Assembly (NCBI GenBank): GCA_965644315.1
Contig: CBFFRQ010000019.1
Location: 248,001 to 312,000 of the forward strand
Direction: 5' to 3'
DNA: 64,000 nucleotides
Origin: Caecitellus pseudoparvulus
Lineage: Eukaryota; Protista; Bigyra: Bicosoecida
Below the pieces are notes generated by a model. The model was not told where the DNA came from. It did no database searches and saw only the letters and a list, made by a program, of their open reading frames with translations. Positions 55,114-64,000 of the stretch are shown here, in pieces; the first letter of the stretch is position 1; every line of letters starts with the position of its first letter. The translations under genes were made by a program, and so were the position numbers.

Positions 55114-58100
55114 ATGGAGGGTCAGGCTCCAGCGCCGGCTGTGGCGAAGCTCTACAAGTTGCAACCTGACGGTAATTGGGCTGCCCAAGGCGTTGGCCTG
55201 GTGCGCTTGGAGGAGGAGGAGGTACGTGGGCTGTAAAGCATCGTTTGAAGGCGCGGCGTGGAGTGGGATTTGCCTCAAAATCCGCAACGCTCTTCGTTCA
55301 CGTGGCGTTTGCCGCGTCAGCGGCACCCCGCAACGCCTGCGACCTGTACGCCTAGCTAATTGATGCTCGGGATATGCATGCGGGGTGGTTGTGAATCACC
55401 AGGGTGCCGCTGGGGGGCCGCAGGGTCTCCCTTTCTTTGATTCCCCGCGTCAGCCAGGCAACAGCTCCTCTGTGCACATCAGAGGGCTCACAGCGCCATG
55501 GCCGCGGCCAACTGCCCCATGTGCCCATATTCTGCTCAATATCCTCATGTAGCCCGTCAGGCATCCCTTCGCATTGTGCACCCCCGCCGCCTTCTCTCGC
55601 CTTCCGCAGGGTGGACACTTGGTGTTGGTGATGGAGCATGAGAGCGATGAGAGCATCGTCCTGCGCACCCGCATCGTGAAAGACGACGTGTACACCGAGC
55701 AAGAAGGTCTGTGCTACGGCTTACTCATCTTTACCCCCCCCCCTCACACCTCTCGCACCCGGCTCCCTTCCCGCAGCCACCATCATCACATGGACAGAGC
55801 CGAGCAGCACACAGGAGCTGGCGCTGAGCTTTCAAGAGCGAGACGGGAAGGCGCATGTGTGGGCCAGCATCCAGGCCCACCGCCAGGCTCTCCTGCTGCA
55901 GGAAGCACCAGAGGGCGCCAGCGATGCCTCCCCCCCCACCGGCTCCGCTTCCCCACCACCCACTGGCGACGGCACCGGCGTGCTGGGCGGGCGGGCTGGC
56001 TCCTTGGCAGACTCCCCTGGCAGCGAGTGGGGCATGTCTGGCCTGGAGGTGGCGGAGGACATGGGCGGGCTGTCCCTGCCGCAGCCCACGTGTGACGTGG
56101 CATCCTTGAAGCACCTGCAGGAGGTGGTGGAGGAGGCAGGTGCTTCACTCCTGGACCGGGACACCGTCGCCAGTATCGCGTCGGCCGACGACCACCTATG
56201 GTTGCGCAGCCTGGGCTCCGTGTTCGTCGCCGCGGAGGGGGGCGGGAAGGTGTCCATTTGCCGGGCGGTGCACGGCGTCCTGCGTGCACTGGTGCTCTCT
56301 GCCACCCGCAGCCTGCTAGAAACCCTCACATCCGACACATTCTGGCCCCTCCTCGTCGCGGCGTTTGAGTACGACCCCGCATCTGCAGCCGCCACGCGCG
56401 GAGAGGCAGCGGGGCGGCCCCACCACCGGCGGTTCCTGAGGGCTGTCAAGTTCCGGCAGGCAGTGCCGCTGGGCGGGCGGGGAGAGGCGCTGGAGGACCG
56501 AGCGCACCAGACCTTCCGCTTGCAGTTCTTGCGCGACGTCTTGTTGCCCCGGGCGCTAGACGACTCCTTCGTCTCCTTGGCTTCCTCCATTATCACGGCA
56601 AACCACCTGGCCCTGGTCATGACCCTGTCCAAGGACGACACCTTCCTCACAGAGCTCCTGGCAGTCCTGCGGGACCCCACCCGGCGCAGCAAGCGCCGTG
56701 TGAACATCCTCGCCCGGAGCCGACGGCGGGGGCGCGAGGCTGCCAAACGAGCCACCTCCCCGCCGCCAGCCCGAGGCGCTGTGGGCGTGTCCCCCGGCCC
56801 GGCTGCACCTGCGTCCCCCCCCGATCACCGCATGAGCCGGCGGCAAGCACCAGCTGCGCCCCCCTCTCCAGCGTACCCCCACGTGGGAGGGACCAGCACA
56901 CCTCTGCTGCTGGCCGGCGTGGCCAGTGATGCCTCTGCAACTCCTGCCACCCCTCGCTTAACTCCCGTGGGCACTCCTGTTCCTTTTCACAATGGCTGCC
57001 CAGCAGTTCCCACGGACGTGCTGCCGGCAGCGACACCTGTGCGGCCCACAGCGACACGTGCAGAACCCCACACTACTCCGTCCAGCAGCGCCCGGCATGC
57101 GGCATTCGCTGGCGTGCTGGGCGGCATGGGGCAGCACTCGGCACACGCGCTGTCTGCACCCCCCCCTGCGGCAGCTAGATTGAGGGACCCCCCTCCCAGC
57201 CCTGCCGGTAGTCAAACCAGCACGGTGCGGCTGGACACGGCCACACCGGACCTGCTGCCGTTGCCGCCCCTGTCGACCGTGCAGGGGCCCAGCCCGCCAC
57301 CCTCCTACGATGCCTCTGATGGTATGCGCTTTCTGCGTGAGGTCGTGCAGTGCCTCAAGCACGTTCCCATGCAGGCACGTGAGGAGTTCTACTCCGCCCT
57401 GCTCCGCACGTCCGACAGCGTCTTTGACATCTTCGAGCCTGTGCTGGCTGACCGCACTGCGTCAGTGGAGGCGGTGCAGGGAGCGCTGGAGGTGCTACTG
57501 GCCCTGGTGGAGGCACGGCCCACTGAGTGTCGCAGGTACATGGTGGCGCAGAACCGCAAGCCAGCCCGCAGGCCACCTCGGGAGGCCTGCGCTGGCGACG
57601 CACCCATGAAGGGGGACCCAGGTGCGCATGCCAGGCTGGGCGGCGGCACCGGCACCGATGAGGCGCTGGCAGTGAGTGACTATATCCAGCTGCCTGGCCG
57701 CAGCCGAGCGGTGGCCCTGCCCGGCGGCACGGGGGTGGGCGACGGGTTTTCTGGGACAGCTCCCTCTCACGCCCAGGAGTCAGTGTGGGCAGTGACCCTT
57801 TCTGCATCCCAGGCGGCGCAGGTGGCACGGGGGGAGCACGGTAACTTGCTGCCGCTCGTGGACGACGACTTGCCTCCCCCTGGTGCGCGCCGCGTGGAAC
57901 CGGGCACCTCTGCGTCAGCGCAAGGCACGGGCATGGGCAGCAGTGAGGCAGCGGCAACTGCAGCCGAGGTGCCCCCCCCGCCAGGCTGTGGATTCTCCAC
58001 GGCTTCCCTGCTCTACCGCCTCATCTGGCGCATCCTTGAAGACCCAGATGTTGGCGTGCAGGGCATGGCTGCAGACACCCTCACAGCGCTGCTCTCGCCA

Positions 58101-59792
58101 GAGGGTGTTGGGCCAGGCGGTGCTGACGACTTCTTGGGCATGTTCTACGACCACTACATGCCATTGCTGGCGCTGCCGCTCACCCACCCCGCTCTCCTGC
58201 CCCTGCCGCCTGGGCCCCAGCCAGCGGACATCCTGGCCATGGTCAGGCGCAGCTTCGGAGGGGCGGGTGCGCCACCAATCGTGCCCCGCGCAGCTGCTGC
58301 CAAGGGCAGGTCCAAGCGCCCCCGCCCACCCACAGCGGCGCCTGGCACCCCGGCTATCGCAGGTGGTGACGGCGGCGAAGACTCAGGCTCGTCTGGGCAA
58401 GCGTCCGCTGGACCCCCAGCGCCTCATGATGGGGAAGGCGACGAGGATACGCCATCCAAACGGCCTCGCACCTCGGACAGCGCCGAGAAGGGTGCGGAAG
58501 CCGCCGCTCCCGACGGTGCTTTAGCGCCTGCCGCCGTAGGCGAGAGTGTCAGTGCCGCACAGAGTGCGGAGGACGAGCCGGGCTCAGAGCAGCGGCTGGC
58601 CCGCATTCAGGCAGCAGCAGCCGCGCTAGGGCAGGAGACACCGTGCAGCAAGAACAGCAAGCTGCTGCTGCTGTCCATTCTCTCCTTCTGTGTAGAGCAC
58701 CATACACACCGCATTGCTTACTTCCTCGTCGGCAGGAACGTGGTGGTGCAGGTGACTCGGTGCCTGCACTACCCCGACAAGTACATGCAGCTGGCTGCCG
58801 TGCGCTTCATCCGAGCCTGCATCTGCAAGAGCAACACATACAACCGGCTGATCATGACGAAGAGTCCCCTGGCCCGCATGCTGTGGCTGCTGGCCACCAA
58901 CGGGCCCAGCACCAACCTGGTCAACTCAGCTATTCTCGAGACCTTGCATTTCATCGGCACGGAGAACAGTAAGGAGTTGGTGCATGACCTCGGGACGCGC
59001 TATGCCAGTGTCCTCCGTGCTCTGCCCAAGGACATCAAGACGCCCACCATGCTCCTCAACAAGGCGCAGCGCCTCGCGCAGGGACTGCCGCTGAGCAACG
59101 ACGCCAGCAACACCAGCGGCAGCCTTGGCGGAGGCGGGGACAGCGACGACGAAGATGTCGACGCTACCACACCCCGAGTCAGAGCATGGCAGGCGCCTGG
59201 CAAGGGCGCCCAGGGCGGGAGGGGATCCCCCTCTTCAGGCAGCGACGCAGATGACGACGTCAGTCTGGAGGGCGGCGACCTATTGGCTGACCTTGAGGAC
59301 GACTCAGGGGAGGCGCCAGGGGGGGGTGTCATGGCGGCCCAGCGTGCAACCAGCATGCCCATGCTTGGCACTTCCAGCACCTCTCCGCCTCTGCACACTG
59401 CCACAGCGCAAGCCGGTGGCAGCGCTGATGCCGATGGCGACTTCTTGACCCACAGCCAGTTCCTTGCCACCCGTGGGCGGCGTAGCGACGACGACGATGA
59501 CGACGACGACGACGGCGACGGGGGGAAGGTGGGAGGTTTCCCCTTCGTTGGTCGACGCAGCGGCGTTCAGGCTGCCCCCGCTCCAGCAGCAGGCCCCAGC
59601 CTCACGGTCGGTTCCATTTTCGGCCGGCCAGTGGGCACGAGCCGCGCTAACATCATCACTGTCGGGCGGGCGCAGTGGGCTGCTGCACGGGCAGGCTCCA
59701 CTCTTCCCTCCGACCTTGCGGCTGGTTTGCGGTCTGCTGCCGCGGAGGGCGCGCCCACACCCCCATCAGCCTCTCCGGCCCCGCAGGGGTAG
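55114..59792 (+). CDS. PPP4R3: Serine/threonine phosphatase 4 regulatory subunit 3 (SMEK/Psy2); introns ~55222-55609 and ~55708-55776
   Basis: EVH1 'KLYKLQPDGNWAAQGVG...YTEQEATIITWTEP...LALSFQE...CAHVW', 'FEYDP', 'HQTFRLQFLRDVLLPR', 'LSFCVEHH', 'NLVNSAILE'. Confidence 0.88.
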
Positions 59793-59911
59793 TGGGGTGG
59801 TGTTGGCTGCGCCCCGTCGGGTGCGGCCCGCACTTGTCTACAACGGATGAATTCACACCAGTGTTCCCCAGCCCAAGCACCTGCACGCAGGCGTGGGAGT
59901 TGCTCACAGCA

Positions 59912-62900
59912 CTACAAATCGTCATCGTCATCAGGCGGGGCAAGGCCCGGCACTGAGCCGTGCACTTGAGCCTGAGCTTGGGCGGCTGCAGCGCTCGCAG
60001 CTGCCGCTTTGTCAGCGAACAGCTCGCTGGCGTTTGCGTCAGCTGAGAACTGCAGCATGCGAATGAGGAAGTCCCGCACCACTTCCAAGTATGCGTCGGT
60101 GGTCACACCAGTTGCCAGCAAGCTGCCAGCGAAGGCCGTCACCACTTCTGCAGTCAGGTGGGGGAATGACTGCGCCAGGATCGTGGACAGGAAGTGGCGC
60201 AGGAAGGTGACGTTGCTGCCGTCAGCAGGAGGTGTAGCTCCCGCCACATTGCTCCACAGCGGCACTGTCACCCGGCCCTTCACGACGAGCGCCAGCAGGT
60301 GCTGCAGCAACATGCAGTGCTCTGCAAGCTGGCTCTTGTGCATGCGGTCAGTGATAACTCGAAGCAGGTCCTGCAACAAGTCCATGAAGCTGTTGCTGTA
60401 CACAGGCTGCGCAACTTCGGCTGAGTTAGGGTGCTGCTCCAGCGCAGTGAGGAACACCTTCAACGTGGAAAGGCCGGTGTTGGACACTTGCCGGTCGGTG
60501 TGCTTGAAGGCCCAGATGATGGAATTCACCAGCAGCTTCTTAGACTCGTCAGGCATGCCAAGCAGAGACTCGAAATGATGCTGAGTGATGCACTCAAGCA
60601 AGTCGAAGAAGGCTATCCTGTGGTCCAAGTGGTCCTCAAAGTTGGCCGTAATCATGTTCAAGGTGGGCTCAAACACGTAGCCAAGCAGAGCAATGGCGGA
60701 CGGCGCCAGCACCACGCGGCAGCTCTTCAGCACAGTGCCCATGAGCTTCAGCACCTGCGCTTCGCGCACGACGGCTGGGCTGGACTTGTAGTCCCCGAAA
60801 ACAGGCTCGGTTATGTGTGTCACGAATGTGTCAACGACAAAGCGCCCGTCCTCTGCCTGCGCCAGGAACTCGATCAGGACGTCCAAGATGGCAACACGCA
60901 CTTTGCGCAGCTGGATCACAGCAGGAGTGGAGGCCGCCATGGAGCCATGGGAGTTCAGTGCCTCCAGGATGAAGCGCTGCATGACAGAGTACATGCTGAG
61001 CATGTCGTTGAAGATGACTGCGAGCTGCTTCGCAAAAGAGCCGCCGACTGCTGACGCTACCTTGGCGTTGATGTTGTAGATGCGCGTGAGCTCCTTGAGC
61101 CGTGTGGGCTCTCGAAGCGCTTCAATGTTTGTTGCAGCGCTGTCAACGATCGCTGCCCAGCTGGTGTTGACAAGCTTCATGAGCTCTGCAGTCAGGCGCT
61201 CCTGCTCAGAGGTGGTGGGGTGCGCGCTGACCATCAACGCGGACGCTTCAAAGAAGCGCAGTACTTGGTGTCCCTCAAGTTTCTCAATGGCGCTAGGCAG
61301 CAGTGCTGAGAGGTTGCCCACGAAGGGGGGCTCGGAAGTGGAGGTTCCCTTGGACACGGAGGCAACAGTCTGCACACACACAAACTGCTTGCGGCACTTG
61401 CTCACGATAGTGTAGAACGTGTCCACAGCCATGTCCTTCACACCGGGGTGTTCTTCCCGCATGAACTGGAAGAGCTTCAGCACGACGGTTTTCAGGAACA
61501 CCCAGTGCTTGCGAAGAAAGCGCGGGTACTGCCCCACGACGTACATAATGTTTGAAGCAACGACAGCTTGCTCATCTGCGGTGCGCTTAAGTTTAACCAA
61601 CTCAAGCAGGTCTGTGATGAGCTTCACCAGGAAGCGCTTCTCCTCCTTCACCTCCAGGGTGCGGGTGATGGCCCCGACACCCCAGCACAGCTTGTTCAGG
61701 TTCTCGTAGCTCCACGCAGAGCCATCCATGACGCGGGCCAACTTATCCACAAGGATGCCCAGCATGCTGTCCTTGTCCAGGTGAGTCAGATACACCAGCG
61801 TCTCTTTCAAGTTGTGGTGCAAGCCCAAGGCTTCTTCAGACGTCACGGTGGAGTGGACGATCTTCCCCGACTCAGTCTCCTCCACCAGCACCTCCTCAGG
61901 GCGTACCATGTGCTCGATGAGCAGGGTACGCAAGCGTGACAGGACGTCCCCATACAGGGCCTTCCTGGAGGCAGCCGTGGAAGAAGGCGCGGCAGGGGCC
62001 TGAAGGGCGGCAGCTCCACCGAGGCCACCACCGCCGAGGCTGCTGCCACCCAGGCCAAGGGAGCTGCCGCCCAGCCCCATGCTGCTGCTCACTCCGCCCA
62101 GCACGGACAGACCACCACCGAGTCCACCACTGCCAGTTGCAGCGCCAGTCGACGTGGGAAGTGTCGGAGCCGACGCGAGGGACACAATCTCGGCGTTATG
62201 CAGGTCCTGAGCAAACCACTGCCAGAACTCCAGACAGACACGGAAGAGCTCAGCGTCTTCATGCACGCTGGTCATGGACACCAGGTGGCCCATGCCCATG
62301 GCGAGTGCATCGCGGGTCGCAGGATTCTCCACCAGAGCAAGGTGGTGCCGGAAGAAGGAGGTCAGGAAGAGCCCGTAAAAGTACACGAACTGCTCAGCGG
62401 CCTCGTCCCCCATCTGCAGGGCCTGCGTGTAAGTGTGCCCCAAATCCGTCCCTGGCGGGACGATCTTCAGCATGGCAGAGATTACCTGCCCAAACAGTTG
62501 CAAGAAGACTTCGTTGTACTTGGGGTCGCTCAGAGCCGCCACTTCAGTCAGGCAACGCAGGGTGGGTACCCGGAAGTCTGCGGACGGCAGGTACTTCGTA
62601 CACAAGCTCGTCAGCATCTGGGTCTCCATGATGTACACAACAGGAATCCAGGTCATGTAGTTCTGCAGGGTGTCCAGCGTCTGCACCAACAAGGAGGGTC
62701 GCTGTGTCTTGCCCAGCACGGCATCGCACAGCTTGAAGATTTGGATGAACTGCTCGTTGAGGGCCCCCTTCAGCTCCTTCACCCGGTGTGCCAGCATGCT
62801 GTCCTCTGAAAAGTCAAAAACGTCTTCGGACAGCATGGTCAAAATGCGCATGTTGTTCTCACAGAGCGTCTCAGAGCTATCGGAGGATTCCAAAATCTCG

Positions 62901-63447
62901 GGGATGAAGTTGGGCCACTTCTGGGGCCAATCGCGCTTCACGATCTCCACAAGCACCCCGTTCAGCTTGCCGAGCAAGGTGCGCATGCTACGGTCAGCGA
63001 AGGACGCCTCATTGCCAGCTATGCCGACAATCTGCCTGACAATGTACGTTCGGAGAGCGTGCTGCTGCGGCTCTGGGATGGTCCCCCACCTAAACTTCAC
63101 AGTGCTCTCCAGGAGCTGCAGGCCGAAAAACCGTGTGGTAAGCTGAGACCCATTCTCATAGACTCTGTCAGCCCGCATCCAAGCATTGGGATGGTCCTGA
63201 AAGGCCATGATGACGTTCTTTGCGGCCTCGCGCTGCGAGCGGGGGGGGGGGGGGAGAGATTCACGAAGTGCACAAGCGCCAGGCGCGTGTTTCGCTGCCC
63301 TTGCTCAGCAGCACGCACAACGTCCTTAGCGGCAGTGGGATCTGACCCCAGCACGATAAGCTGCTCTAGTGCGGTCATGTCAAATTCTGCCTTGGAGAAG
63401 TCCAGCAGCTGCGCCCCGGCGGCTTGGATGGAGGCTACTGAGGCCAT
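59912..63447 (-). CDS. XPO1: Exportin-1 (CRM1); intron ~63318-63233
   Basis: 'LLDFS', 'FQDHPNAW', 'SETLCENNMRIL', 'ETLVYLTHLD', 'LNKLCWGVGAI', 'ASNIMYVVGQYPRFLRKHW', 'SIIWAFKH'. Confidence 0.93.
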
Positions 63448-64000
63448 GCTTGCACGGAATGTGAAACGCAACGGCAGAGTGTAAACAAGGCCACCAAGCC
63501 GCAAAGGCAGAGCCTGACAAGGAAATAAAGAAGCAAGCACAAGAAACGGATCCAAGCAACCAAAGGGGGCGCTTGAAAGGCCGAGAGCCTCGTTCTAGCT
63601 TGGAATCCGAGAAACCGCGTTGTGTTCACGCTGGCAGGCGAAACGCCACAGCACTGTGTGCGCAGGGCAGCTGAGGAGGAAAATGACAAGCGCACTGCGC
63701 AGGCTCTGACTAAAGTGCACCTGTAGCACATGTTCGTACACTGGCAGTTGGGGTTGTGCCGAGAATGTACGCTTGGGCCGAGAGGCGCCCTGGACGCCCA
63801 GCAAGCTTGCGCGCGCCGGTGTGCGAGTGGTCTTGAGCTGTCCTCGGCCGGGCAGGGCGCATGCTGCCACAGACGTTGCGCCACATTTGAGTCGTTGAAG
63901 TGCCAGCCAAGCACATGAAAAAAGGACGAGACAACTCAACAGCTCGAGGATCTTCGCTCCTACGCCAAAGCGCATTGCAGCCTGTGCTGTGGGCGTCCCA

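Noticed and set aside
63240-63255. Poly-G run (also at ~17533-17543)
   Set aside because: Lies within introns as a C-rich pyrimidine tract on the coding strand; ordinary.
2171-63318. Introner-type mobile introns
   Set aside because: By eye the introns share only splice signals, with no common internal sequence or terminal inverted repeats. An all-vs-all intron alignment would be needed to exclude this fully.

Overview
GC-rich, very gene-dense eukaryotic genomic DNA with about 28 protein-coding genes, short GT-AG introns (donors mostly GTGCGT/GTGAGT/GTACGT) and intergenic gaps often under 250 bp. CFAP36 suggests a flagellate. The inverse OMPDC-OPRT UMP synthase fits a stramenopile-like protist, but this is inference only. 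Most genes are recognisable housekeeping genes: VPS51, VPS54, phospholipase B-like, TIM22, CHCHD2, Hsp110, ISCA2, SPO11, SEC31, SF3B2, CHAF1B, TMEM97, CCT4, PPP4R3 and XPO1. I saw no rRNA, tRNA, CRISPR array or transposon. Five observations stand out. (1) A stand-alone histidine-phosphotransfer (HPt) protein ends in a palmitoyl/CaaX membrane anchor. (2) Directly downstream, a membrane pyrophosphatase carries the residue combination of prokaryotic Na+-pumping PPases. (3) An inverse-fused UMP synthase has a C-terminal tail-anchor. (4) A bacterial Pat-type lysine acetyltransferase has a possible mitochondrial presequence. (5) The exportin-1 has a remodelled NES groove (C528V and E571Q equivalents). 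All exon boundaries were read by eye and all family assignments come from remembered motifs, not database searches.
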